IMG/VR virus record: IMGVR_UViG_3300005805_000089
Location: 1 to 62,834 of that record
Origin: a virus
Taxonomy: Duplodnaviria; Caudoviricetes
DNA: 62,834 nt
Strand: one strand, 5' to 3'
Positions 38,701 through 47,605 of this stretch are shown here, one piece after another. Position numbers and translations under genes: made by a program. The notes beneath the pieces are model-generated. The model was not told the DNA's origin. It searched no databases and worked only from the letters and a program-made list of their open reading frames with translations. The stretch's first letter is position 1, and each line of letters begins with the position of its first letter.

Positions 38701-41171
38701 ACTATTGATTTTGTACCGCTCGAATGTAAACCACCGTCAACTTTTAATCCAACACACTTTGTACCAAATGTAGTGACGTTTTGTACATAGGGAGATTTGT
38801 CAGTGATCCAGGCAGCTGAATCATTTGGTCCCCAACCCGGATCTAAACTTGCAAACGCACCACCATCTACTCTCTTGATAGCATATTGATCAGGAGAAGT
38901 AAAATTACCAGCCAATCCCTTCAATGTCATATTTCTTAGACCTGTTCCGTTTCTTAACAAGAACATATTTTGTTTGGCATTTCGAACTCCGTCGGCCGCA
39001 TTTAAATAATATCTTGCTGCTTCTACAGATTTCCAATTACCCGGGTAATAGGTATCGTAGATAACAGAATCTATAAACAATCCTAGATCTCTAATACAGG
39101 TTTCTGTATTAAAAGTATATAAAGGATATTGGTCTTCAATATAGGCAACTGATTCCTGTATTAAAAAGTTTTTGTTGTTGATTAATTGTTGTCTTGCTTT
39201 TAATTTTTCAGCATCACCAGTTACTGAATTTGATCCTGAGATAGTCGGTAATGATATTTGATTTAATTCGTTAATTATGTCTGTGAAAATATCCACAACA
39301 TCATTTTTAGCAGAGTCGTCACATCCTGGTGCTGATGTATCTTGATCAACATTAGAATACAGCGTAGATACTACAATAGCTTGTACTACATCATCAACTA
39401 TAGTTCTCATATAGTCGATAGCTTCTATGGTTTTCGCTTTATCAGTTGATGGAATTAATGTTGGGGCTGGATATACTTCTGTGCCTCTTAATTCATCGCC
39501 AACAATACCTACAAATGCAGGCACACGAATCGGTAATACTTCGTAATATTTTCCGTGTTTAACATAAATTGTTGCATACCCTGTGATATTTTCGCAGGCA
39601 TAACGGATTGTTCTCCATGGAGAATTTAATGTTGTTCCATGATTTGCGTCGTCAATTCCGTCTGTACCAACATAATAAACTTTTTCCGATTCCCATAATG
39701 GTTCCCATGTTGGTTCACCATCGATAACTTTTAAAACATCACCAGAAACACCAATACCTAATCTAGTTGGACCTATAGAACTACCGTCTTCAGTTATACC
39801 ATACGTTTTGATATCACCGACAGTGTTTAATACGTTGGTTTGTGATCCGATAACATGTATAGTCCAATAATTATTTTCATAATCGTTGTCTGGTCTATTG
39901 TTTACAGATGATATGTGTTTGATCAAGCATCTATGAGCCGTTGCTCCTAGATTAATTAGATCTCCGATAAGATACGTTCTACCTGTAGTCCATACACCTT
40001 GCCATTTTTCTCCAGGAACCACTAATTCCCAATAGGCCGTGATTGTTGTTTCTTGACCTGATGAGTCTGCTATGGCAACATATAATTGCCCTTCTCTTCT
40101 TACAAGGTCGCCAACAAGATAAACTGTTTCAACATCCCATTCACCTCTTACTCTAGTACCAATGTGTAATATGGTCCAATCGTCTGCTTCGAGACTTGGC
40201 GTTTGATTAACATGGTTTGTTTTGCTTACATATTGATAACCACCGTAACGTACAACATCACCTGGTTGATATCTTGTGCCGGAATTCCATTGGTTTTCAT
40301 ATTCAAAGCCAGGAACGTATAATTCCCAATTGCCATCAACAAATGTGCTGGTTGATGTATGTTCAACTACGCAACGATATAATCCTGCACCATACTTAAC
40401 AATGTCTTTAATTTTGTAACGTACAGCTGATGCCCAGGTATTTTTATATTCGAGTCCAACATGTACTTCAGTCCATGAGCTTGAATCTGCTTCTAATCCT
40501 GATGCTGCTGTAGAGGCCGATGTATGTTCTATTACACAACGATAGACAGTACCACCATATCTTACTATGTCATTTATATGATATCTAATACTTACGGTCC
40601 AATCGCCGTACCATTTAATACCATAGGCAACTATTTCCCATTTGCCTGCGCCGAGATCTATTTCTAATCCAGCTGACAGAGTTGATGCAGAAGTATGTGA
40701 AATTAAACATCTGAAAACTATACCAGAATATTTTACAATGTCATTGGTTGCATAATATGTGCTGATGGTCCAATCTTCTCTCCAGTTTTCAGCTTGGATA
40801 TAGATGTCCCAGTTAGCTAGGTCAGTGGCAAATCCTTCAACTGTAATCGCAGAGGTGTGTTCATCTGTACAGATATAAATGATACCATTATATTTTACTA
40901 TGCTGCCGATAGCATAAAATGTATCAACAGTCCAATCACCAAGCCACACTTGGCCTTCCATCATTAGTTCCCATCTAGGTTCTGGTGCTGGAGGAATGTT
41001 TGAATTTAAAAAATTTAAATCTGTGTAAAAATCTGCATCGGCTGTATGTCTGACCAAACAAAAATAGACTTTACCTTGATAACTAATAACATCATCAGGT
41101 ATATATTCAGTAGTGGCGGTCCAATCACCTTTCCATCTATATCTAATTCGATCTATCTTAAAATCTGCCAT
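35757..41171 (-). CDS. Giant tail fibre / baseplate-associated protein (1804 aa)
   Basis: Same architecture as 28255-35682; shared YVQNVTTFG, GYLAENGGKIRATNGNNSYG, YSQVR.TGHDFLDIG, RVFYTSTDQDGNFRVG. Confidence 0.8.
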   Translation of the reverse strand: MADFKIDRIRYRWKGDWTATTEYIPDDVISYQGKVYFCLVRHTADADFYTDLNFLNSNIPPAPEPRWELMMEGQVWLGDWTVDTFYAIGSIVKYNGIIYICTDEHTSAITVEGFATDLANWDIYIQAENWREDWTISTYYATNDIVKYSGIVFRCLISHTSASTLSAGLEIDLGAGKWEIVAYGIKWYGDWTVSIRYHINDIVRYGGTVYRCVIEHTSASTAASGLEADSSSWTEVHVGLEYKNTWASAVRYKIKDIVKYGAGLYRCVVEHTSTSTFVDGNWELYVPGFEYENQWNSGTRYQPGDVVRYGGYQYVSKTNHVNQTPSLEADDWTILHIGTRVRGEWDVETVYLVGDLVRREGQLYVAIADSSGQETTITAYWELVVPGEKWQGVWTTGRTYLIGDLINLGATAHRCLIKHISSVNNRPDNDYENNYWTIHVIGSQTNVLNTVGDIKTYGITEDGSSIGPTRLGIGVSGDVLKVIDGEPTWEPLWESEKVYYVGTDGIDDANHGTTLNSPWRTIRYACENITGYATIYVKHGKYYEVLPIRVPAFVGIVGDELRGTEVYPAPTLIPSTDKAKTIEAIDYMRTIVDDVVQAIVVSTLYSNVDQDTSAPGCDDSAKNDVVDIFTDIINELNQISLPTISGSNSVTGDAEKLKARQQLINNKNFLIQESVAYIEDQYPLYTFNTETCIRDLGLFIDSVIYDTYYPGNWKSVEAARYYLNAADGVRNAKQNMFLLRNGTGLRNMTLKGLAGNFTSPDQYAIKRVDGGAFASLDPGWGPNDSAAWITDKSPYVQNVTTFGTKCVGLKVDGGLHSSGTKSIVANDFTQVLDDGIGAWIVEEGKSELVSVFTYYNYIGYLAENGGKIRATNGNNSYGTYGSVSIATNSNEIPITCTLNNRYYEAQIASTFCIAGNISKLLFSNAGVNYTQANFSVAGSGVNAALTGNEFRDGAVFEARIVDRGDSSLLGGLGYTINIGQSQQGNNEVIRLAAQNTATNAQYVGLRLFLQSGTGAGQYGYIVELDTVSKDVYIAKEKFPSINITATTITTNYITVANVNNLAVNTKVVLSGSTFGGLSNKTIYYIESIVNDTTITLKDISNVQISVSTSTGSMVLHFSGWDHIIPGTAIESTLDTSTQYYIEPRITFSEPSFSSSAGTLPNSVNWSSVASSGSLFVAIGNGNNVAASANGTSWTAGSIPSQDWSSVAYGNGKFVAVATGGTTAAYSTNGTSWTTVTIPANNYTSVVYGDYADVWVAVAQGQDKGARSTDGGLTWSQVTLPDGADWNSVTYGNGKFVAVAKSDSTVTQTAYSTDGQTWSSGSFVGGAESVVFGNGRFVAIEGTTSNVAFYSLDGINWTATTLPGSATLNWKVLAYGGGAFLAMATGSSQTATSYDGITWTSRTVSSSPWASATYGAGKFVAIAGYTSPSSTALEILTGARTQGRATVVDAKVSAIDIWEPGSGYTADPTITLTDPNNTADVAVDVRVGNGVIANPTLNNAGTGYFSTSTDITITGDGYQDLYQIGKDIIVENLSREPRPGDNLFFDSITDYTYRVLVVTILGGTEPNLTARLTIAKALGRAEAPEHGENIEIRQKYSQVRITGHDFLDIGLGNFTQTNYPNTLFPNGTVLAPEFEFAELGSGRVFYTSTDQDGNFRVGELFAVEQSTGTVTLSADFFALEGLEEVQLGGISAGGTGAVIREFSTDTKFTADSNNIVPTQRAIKAYVANRVSGGGSDAKTGIALSGIIQIGGPDIITTTTLTQIDIPVKVNFKSGVDGDLLALSFFYDAFMGDQSSDRDFNAAQGG
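39860..41140 (-). repeat. Eight tandem CBM5/12-like coding repeats (approximate bounds)
   Basis: e.g. WTVSIRYHINDIVRYGGTVYRCVIEH. Confidence 0.75.
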
Positions 41172-41185
41172 GTTCTATCCTAACC

Positions 41186-41548
41186 CTAAGGTGATGTTAA
41201 CTGTTCGTATGTATATCCGTTATTAATTCTTGCCACTAATTGACCATCATCGTCGATATAATAAAACATAGGACGATCATCCCATCGATATTGTTCGTAT
41301 CGCAAATTATCAAATACTTTGTCATGATATACATCACGACCTTCAAAGAAATCTACACCTACTTCAAATTCGTTGTAGTTTTCTGACGGATCACCTGGTT
41401 CATTAAGAGACACCGCTCCGCTATCTTTGATCTGATCACTACGCTCTAAATATATTGCGCCGTCAGCACCCCTACGTAGACCATAGAAGTATCGAGGGGT
41501 ATCTCCTAATGTTTGTTCTGGGGTCTTACCAAAGTAGTAATTACTCAT
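41186..41548 (-). CDS. Hypothetical protein, likely structural
   Basis: 120-aa ORF with AGGAG SD in the fibre operon. Confidence 0.7.
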   Translation of the reverse strand: MSNYYFGKTPEQTLGDTPRYFYGLRRGADGAIYLERSDQIKDSGAVSLNEPGDPSENYNEFEVGVDFFEGRDVYHDKVFDNLRYEQYRWDDRPMFYYIDDDGQLVARINNGYTYEQLTSP

Positions 41549-41558
41549 TGTTCACTCC

Positions 41559-41891
41559 TTATGATATCTCTACATAGCTGATAATAGTATCGATGCTATT
41601 TGGAGTATCGCTTACAATTCTTAAACCACATTCTTCAGGAATAATAATTTTCTCACCATTAGTTACTAATTTTAAACTGGTGTTTGGTGGTACTGGAATA
41701 TCTTTGACATAATGTGCTGTGGTACTGGCTGCATCGTAAATGAAAACACTGATATTCACGGTATCATAATCTGTGATGTTAGCAATATTACAGCCAATAA
41801 CAGTGGCTCTAAATCCTGTATCAATTTGTAGAACATCAACTGGTGTTGTTCCTATTCCTGTATTAATTGCACTTTTAAACTGGGTTGCCAT
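41559..41891 (-). CDS. Small beta-sandwich virion protein
   Basis: TVIGCNIAN...HYVKDIPVPPNTSL...GEKII...LRIVSD. Confidence 0.7.
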   Translation of the reverse strand: MATQFKSAINTGIGTTPVDVLQIDTGFRATVIGCNIANITDYDTVNISVFIYDAASTTAHYVKDIPVPPNTSLKLVTNGEKIIIPEECGLRIVSDTPNSIDTIISYVEIS

Positions 41892-41894
41892 GTC

Positions 41895-42947
41895 TTATCC
41901 TAAAGTTAATGCCATTTCAACTGCTATCTGATTAGCCTGTATCGCAGAAACAGCACCAGATGAACCTGCTGGGCTTGCCCAACTCACCCCGTCCCAGAGT
42001 TCTAATGCTTTAGACACAGTATTATATCTTGTCATACCTATTACAGCATAGGCTGTAGGACGATCTCCGTCATTTCCTCTTGGTGGTACAAAACCATTAG
42101 TACCTACTATTTTAAAATATCCTGTACCGCTTTGTAAAATCTGGGTGATAGCATTTGTAGCGATATTAGTGATTGCGTTTCCAGATATTTCAAAGTTACC
42201 TAAATTTACAGTGCCTACACCATTACCACTTAAGACTAAATCCATACCTGTAGTGGTTGTTATTTCGTTATCGCGGAACATTAGGTTCCCAACGTCTAAA
42301 GTTGGTAAACTCAATGCATCAGAAAATAAACTATCAGCATAAATGTTTCTCCATCTGTACGTTGGAGATCCTAAATCGTAAGTTCTATCAGTTTGTGGTA
42401 CTAGATCACTTTGTATACTAGCGTTAATAACTACGTTGTCTGTTAGAGCATCACCAATTACAATATCACCACCAATAGTAACATTTCCAACAGCATTAAT
42501 ATTACCACTAACATTTAAATCACCAGTAATGCCAGTACTGGATTGTATATCTACAATTCCTGTGCCATTAGGGCGCAATTCAATATCGCTATTTGATACC
42601 GTCGTAGAGATAGTATTTCCGGTAATACGGAAATCGTCAATTTCTAATTTGCTATGATATATGGTAGGATTAGTACCTGATGGTATAAAGGAAATAGTAT
42701 CTAGATCACTGCTGATAGTATTACCAGAAATATGTAGTGTTCCTACATCAAGCTGATTAAGCAATATTAGATTTGTGGTTCTGGTAGTTCCGTTAACATG
42801 TAGGTCGTGTGTTGGTGTAGACGTATTAACGCCGATACGTGCATCCGTAACATTTAGATATAAGAGGTCAGTCTCAAAGGCTAAATCCACACCATCTCTG
42901 ATGAGGTTAGACTTTAAGAGCGGACCAGAAATTCGACCAATAGCCAT
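41895..42947 (-). CDS. Short fibre-like structural protein
   Basis: ISGNTI and L.PNGTG repeats; C-terminal PRG..GDRP...GMTRYNT..LELWDG.SW; paralog of 43068-44324. Confidence 0.72.
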   Translation of the reverse strand: MAIGRISGPLLKSNLIRDGVDLAFETDLLYLNVTDARIGVNTSTPTHDLHVNGTTRTTNLILLNQLDVGTLHISGNTISSDLDTISFIPSGTNPTIYHSKLEIDDFRITGNTISTTVSNSDIELRPNGTGIVDIQSSTGITGDLNVSGNINAVGNVTIGGDIVIGDALTDNVVINASIQSDLVPQTDRTYDLGSPTYRWRNIYADSLFSDALSLPTLDVGNLMFRDNEITTTTGMDLVLSGNGVGTVNLGNFEISGNAITNIATNAITQILQSGTGYFKIVGTNGFVPPRGNDGDRPTAYAVIGMTRYNTVSKALELWDGVSWASPAGSSGAVSAIQANQIAVEMALTLG

Positions 42948-42950
42948 GCG

Positions 42951-43040
42951 CTCTCCTTAACCACCGACTTACACGGATATGAGCACCTTACATAGCGGCC
43001 CTACGCTGTTGAGTATCGTAAAACCTGGTCGGGTTTTACA
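42951..43040 (-). ncRNA. Candidate structured cis-regulatory 5' leader
   Basis: 8-bp hairpin GTAAAACC/GGTTTTAC; loop CGAC complementary to GTCG near the SD; second stem AGCG/CGCT; lies between ATAAATA (43048-43054) and AAGGAG. Confidence 0.5.
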
Positions 43041-43067
43041 GTAATAGTATTTATCTTATTGAAAAAT

Positions 43068-44324
43068 TTAGCCCAAAGTGAGGGCCCAGATGTCAGCAAA
43101 TTCATTCATAAGAGCTGTGGTAACAGTGGCGCCACCGCCTGTAGAAACGTTCCAAATAGTACCATCCCAACACTCTAGATAGTCCTGATCCGTATTCCAC
43201 CTAGTTGTACCTATTTCTGGACTTGCTGGGCGATTTGCATCATTTCCTACAGGAACAACAAACCCGTTATTACCCATAAATCTAACATATCCTATACCTG
43301 TGCTGGTAATAGTTAGGGGAGTGTTTAACATATTTGTTATATCACTGCCTTGGAATTTGAGATTTTCTAGATATGTTATACCTGTATCTGGCAATAATCG
43401 TAGATCATCATTAGATTGTATGGTTCTGATTGTGTTAGTGGCACCGTTGAGCAGCATTTGATCACTGACTGTGATGCCTGTAGTAAAGTTTAATGTTCCA
43501 ACAGTGGCTAATTCTGAAGCATATAAGAAGTCCCAGCGTCTAGCACTTGAATCTTCAGCAGGTCCTGCAACTCCAGAATCTAACGGCCAACCTAAATCAT
43601 ATGTCGAGTTTTGCCCAGGAATAATACTTTGCGTAAAGTCTGGGGCAAAAGTTATGGTATCTTCAAACGGCCGATCACCTAAATATACAGTTCCGGCAGA
43701 TTGTAAATTTCCACCTACTGTAATATTACCAGAAACATCTAAATTACCAGTAATAACTGTATTAGCTTGTAATTCTACAGTGCCGCCGCCATTAGGATCA
43801 AACACTAAATTTTGATTACCAAATGTGGCTATAAAATTATCATCAAATTCTATACCTGCGGTTGTTACTCGTTGATAATAGATCGTGGGATCTATTCCGC
43901 CCGGACTGATATTAATTGGTGTAGAAGTAGCAGTTGTAAAACTACTGTTTCCATTAATATAAATATCACCTACTAAAAGCTGATTGTCAACTATTAAATT
44001 AGTAGTTTTAATAGTACCGGGGCTAGTTGAAGGAACACCGACATCAAGATTATATATAGGATTATCGGAATTAATACCGATTCCTGATGCACCCGGTTGT
44101 GGATTTAAGTCTCCGTCTTCGCTAGGAGTGGTTCCGATTGTTGCAGGGGATACTTTTAAATATAGAAGATCGGTATTAAAGGCAAGGTCAATACCGTTTC
44201 TTACTAGATTAGCTGAAAGTAATTTTCCACTGATCCTTCCAATGGCTGCAACATAGTTATTTTCAGAACCTAAAGGAGAATTACCTAGGCCTTCGTCTTC
44301 ATCACTAAATGGACCAGCTGCCAT
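43068..44324 (-). CDS. Short fibre-like structural protein
   Basis: AIGRISG.LL..NL.R.G.DLAF.TDLLYL shared with 41895-42947; same C-terminal domain. Confidence 0.72.
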   Translation of the reverse strand: MAAGPFSDEDEGLGNSPLGSENNYVAAIGRISGKLLSANLVRNGIDLAFNTDLLYLKVSPATIGTTPSEDGDLNPQPGASGIGINSDNPIYNLDVGVPSTSPGTIKTTNLIVDNQLLVGDIYINGNSSFTTATSTPINISPGGIDPTIYYQRVTTAGIEFDDNFIATFGNQNLVFDPNGGGTVELQANTVITGNLDVSGNITVGGNLQSAGTVYLGDRPFEDTITFAPDFTQSIIPGQNSTYDLGWPLDSGVAGPAEDSSARRWDFLYASELATVGTLNFTTGITVSDQMLLNGATNTIRTIQSNDDLRLLPDTGITYLENLKFQGSDITNMLNTPLTITSTGIGYVRFMGNNGFVVPVGNDANRPASPEIGTTRWNTDQDYLECWDGTIWNVSTGGGATVTTALMNEFADIWALTLG

Positions 44325-44377
44325 TATTTTCTCCTGGTAAATTATCTTTATCGTTTAAACTATACATAGTTTATTCC

Positions 44378-47300
44378 TTAATCAGTTGTGCCGCCACGCA
44401 AGCACCAAGCACCGTCTGCAAATATAGCCATAGCAATAGTAGCAGGTGCTAGCGATTCGCCATCAAACGGTAACCAGTTATAGTCTACTATGTCTATAGG
44501 CAGATAGCTGCCGCCGATATCAGTTACTCTAGCATTGGCTATTTGTACATAGGATACGCCAGTGATTCCGCTAGTTGGAACAAAATACATAATTTGTCCT
44601 TCTGTGCCGTCTGCTAGTGTATAACCGCCTTCGGTTAGTTTGTTAATAGATTTAGTTAAGTCTAGTGGTGTAGGAACAACAACGTTGATCAATGTGTCTA
44701 CGGTAACTGTTACATCGTCAGCAGGACTAGTTCCGCCAATAACAGTTCCTATCAGTGTTCCATTGTCTCCAACTTGGAATCCGCTATTGCTAGATGTTAC
44801 TACAGCACTAATATCCCCATTGCCTGCTACAGTATAGGTAGCACTAAAACCCAAACCTATTCCTAAAAATATACCTGCATAAGTACCAGGAGTAAGATTA
44901 GTATTATTAGTTGGGCTTAGAACAACTGTAGCAACATTGCCGGAGCCAGGTACGCCAATACTTCCAGTCTTAGCTACTGTAGTTAAAAGGGTGCCAGGGT
45001 AAGCAGTGGATTGAGAAGTTCCGTCTGGAAAAGTCAATTCGCCGTCTTCTCCAAATCGCCAAACTCGCTGTGTCGAGTCTGTAAGATTAACTCGGATACT
45101 TACATCATTTTCACTTTCAATATTTCTAGCTATATCAACTACACCAGTCCAGGCTGTGGTCTGTATAGTAGCATCTGGAAATATCAAACTACCGTCATTT
45201 TCAAACTGCCAATCGTATGTTGTAGAAGTATCAGAGTCATATGCACGAATCTTAATTTCACCACTATGGTTAACATCGATGTGATAATTATCGTCACCTA
45301 AAATTAAGTCGCCTGTGGTGATAATTCCTTTGCCTGCAGCAATGTGTATGTGCGGAGCGTCGGCGCCGATAGTTGGATAAATGTCTAGGTACTGTCCAAG
45401 TTCTTCAAAACTAGAAGTACTATTTGGTATTAGCGACATACGGCCAAAAGTAAAATCTATTTCACTGGCGCCGTTACCTGTAATAGAATTTCCATTAAAA
45501 GTTATCGTTCCAGTATTAACAGTGGGTTCAGTTGTAACATAGGAATCAATATCATTCAAGTAGTCTGGTTCACCCGGTAATCCTGATAGTGCCTCAACCT
45601 GTGTCCAAGTTGCTCCGCCATCTGTTGAACTAAAGATTTCTTCATCGTCATTGCCAGCATAGAATATACCGTTGGAATAATGCAGTGCATCAATATACTG
45701 TCCGTGGCTCCAAGTAAGAATCGCTGTGCCTGTAAACGGATCTAATCCTGTGGTATCGAATGGCGTAGTTCTGTTAATATCTGTGTAGACTGAGTTATCG
45801 CCACCTATATAATATGTGCCATTATATCCAGCAACGCTAGAACCAGTGACTGTAAATCGCTCACCGAGATCCTCCTCACCTGGTCCTGAAATAGTAATTT
45901 CTGATGTAGCAGAAGTAGTCCAAGCGGTAATAGTTGCGGTATAAGGTTTAGGAATTGAAACAAAAGGACCATCTGGAATCGCTGGCCAATATAATATTTG
46001 CCCGTCACCGGTACCGATCATAACAGTAGACGTGCCGTTATAGTCACCAATTACTGTTTCACCACGACTCACACTATAGCCAATTATTCCTTCGAATATT
46101 TGGTCAACGGTAATACCGATTCCCCAACTGTCAGAAAATGATCCCGTAGCAGGGTCAGCATTTGAATTATAGTACCAAGTACCTCCGTCGAAGGCATGCC
46201 AGCCAGTAAATAAACCGTTCTCAGCCCAAAGAACTTTGCTAATCCCAGAGGGCATTGGAACATTGGTGGTACCGTCTAGGGTATCTGTGATATTAGCAAT
46301 ATAGAATCCGCCTAGTTCAGCACTGTCTGATATGATAAAAAACCCACCGCTGTTTTGTTCAATGTCAGTAAATGTTGCTGAACTATAACCAACAACACCG
46401 GACAAGAAAGTTGGATCGACGTTTACTTCTGTCCAAGTAACTCCATCGCTGCTGTATAATAATGCTGGATCATTATCTCCGTTATTGCCGACTGCCACAA
46501 ACTTTGAAATACTGCTGAAATATTTTATTTGTTCATAACTTCTTGAGCTGACACTGGTAACTTCAGTTGGCGCTGTATCATAGGTGTCTGCATACCATAA
46601 AGAGCTTTCACCAACGCCGGTGGTATCTGCAACATAAACAATTTTGTTAGGACCGACTGCTACATAACTCATGCCATCGAGATCACTTGCATACTCTGTC
46701 CAGTTGATGCCATCTGTAGAGCCAGCAATTGCACCTGCGACGTTTATAGCAACATATCGTGCAGTTACATTATTCAGTAAAGAATTACCATCGCTATCTA
46801 AAATATCTCCACCTACAGGCAATGTTAAATTAGTAACGCTTAGTGTTGGAATAGTGACAGAGCCGCCAATGTTACTGATAGTGACGCCACCTAAATCGAT
46901 TGTTGACCCAGATAGATAAATGTCTTTAAATCTCTGTGCGGGGCTTCCTAGATTACCACCTAGATTAGTAGTTGGAACGATATCTCCCCCAACTTCTAGA
47001 TCGCTAGTGATGTTAACTGCTTGATCGATTACAATACCACTTGAGTCATTGGTTGTAATTGTTGACCCACTAAATTCTATTGCTCCGGTATCAGCAGCGA
47101 TTGTTATAGTATCAGTACCAGCATTAGTGGTAATATCTATACCTGTGCCGGCAGCTAATGTGAGAGTGTCTGTAGAACTGTCTGCAACAACATCCGATTG
47201 CCCAGTTACCGCAATGGTTTTGAAAGAGTCTGATGCTGCACCTGTGATAAAAGATTGTGCTACAGAACTAGGCAGTGTACAAAATACATTTTTACCACCA

Positions 47301-47563
47301 CCTGTAAAATTAACTTTTAAATTATTGTTTGAAGAACCAATAATGGTATCGCGTGACAGAGTTTCAACAGGACCAACTTTAGTATAAGTACCGCGACCTA
47401 CTTCCCATTCATTAGCATTGCTGGTGATACTGTAATATGTTTCATTACCGTTACCAATTACCTCAAAGGTCTGAAAACCAGGCACAGCTGGTCCTAGTGT
47501 AAGAGTTCCTAATCCGTTAGTGAATGATCTGACCTTGACGCGGTCGGCGATAACTACTGCCAT
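44378..47563 (-). CDS. Tail fibre-like protein with beta-propeller (1061 aa)
   Basis: N-terminal ADRVK...GTLTL...GFQTF..IGNGNETYY fibre anchor; Asp-box SSTDGGATW; FPDGTSQSTA motifs. Confidence 0.7.
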   Translation of the reverse strand: MAVVIADRVKVRSFTNGLGTLTLGPAVPGFQTFEVIGNGNETYYSITSNANEWEVGRGTYTKVGPVETLSRDTIIGSSNNNLKVNFTGGGKNVFCTLPSSVAQSFITGAASDSFKTIAVTGQSDVVADSSTDTLTLAAGTGIDITTNAGTDTITIAADTGAIEFSGSTITTNDSSGIVIDQAVNITSDLEVGGDIVPTTNLGGNLGSPAQRFKDIYLSGSTIDLGGVTISNIGGSVTIPTLSVTNLTLPVGGDILDSDGNSLLNNVTARYVAINVAGAIAGSTDGINWTEYASDLDGMSYVAVGPNKIVYVADTTGVGESSLWYADTYDTAPTEVTSVSSRSYEQIKYFSSISKFVAVGNNGDNDPALLYSSDGVTWTEVNVDPTFLSGVVGYSSATFTDIEQNSGGFFIISDSAELGGFYIANITDTLDGTTNVPMPSGISKVLWAENGLFTGWHAFDGGTWYYNSNADPATGSFSDSWGIGITVDQIFEGIIGYSVSRGETVIGDYNGTSTVMIGTGDGQILYWPAIPDGPFVSIPKPYTATITAWTTSATSEITISGPGEEDLGERFTVTGSSVAGYNGTYYIGGDNSVYTDINRTTPFDTTGLDPFTGTAILTWSHGQYIDALHYSNGIFYAGNDDEEIFSSTDGGATWTQVEALSGLPGEPDYLNDIDSYVTTEPTVNTGTITFNGNSITGNGASEIDFTFGRMSLIPNSTSSFEELGQYLDIYPTIGADAPHIHIAAGKGIITTGDLILGDDNYHIDVNHSGEIKIRAYDSDTSTTYDWQFENDGSLIFPDATIQTTAWTGVVDIARNIESENDVSIRVNLTDSTQRVWRFGEDGELTFPDGTSQSTAYPGTLLTTVAKTGSIGVPGSGNVATVVLSPTNNTNLTPGTYAGIFLGIGLGFSATYTVAGNGDISAVVTSSNSGFQVGDNGTLIGTVIGGTSPADDVTVTVDTLINVVVPTPLDLTKSINKLTEGGYTLADGTEGQIMYFVPTSGITGVSYVQIANARVTDIGGSYLPIDIVDYNWLPFDGESLAPATIAMAIFADGAWCLRGGTTD

Positions 47564-47594
47564 TACGTATCTCCAAATTGATACGTATATTTAT
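47564..47594 (-). promoter_or_regulatory. Late promoter abutting an RBS-occluding hairpin
   Basis: ATAAATA-TACGTATC-AATTTGGA-GATACGTA-ATG. Confidence 0.65.
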
Positions 47595-47605
47595 CGCTAT
47601 TTTGA

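Noticed and set aside
34340-41140. Periodic sequence that might be a CRISPR array
   Set aside because: Repeats are degenerate, in-frame protein repeats with no constant repeat-spacer structure
42948-43054. tRNA or known ribozyme (hammerhead, pistol) in this leader or at 50237-50330
   Set aside because: No cloverleaf or T-loop, no CTGANGA/GAAA core, and the pistol pseudoknot partner CCCTA is absent on the sense strand
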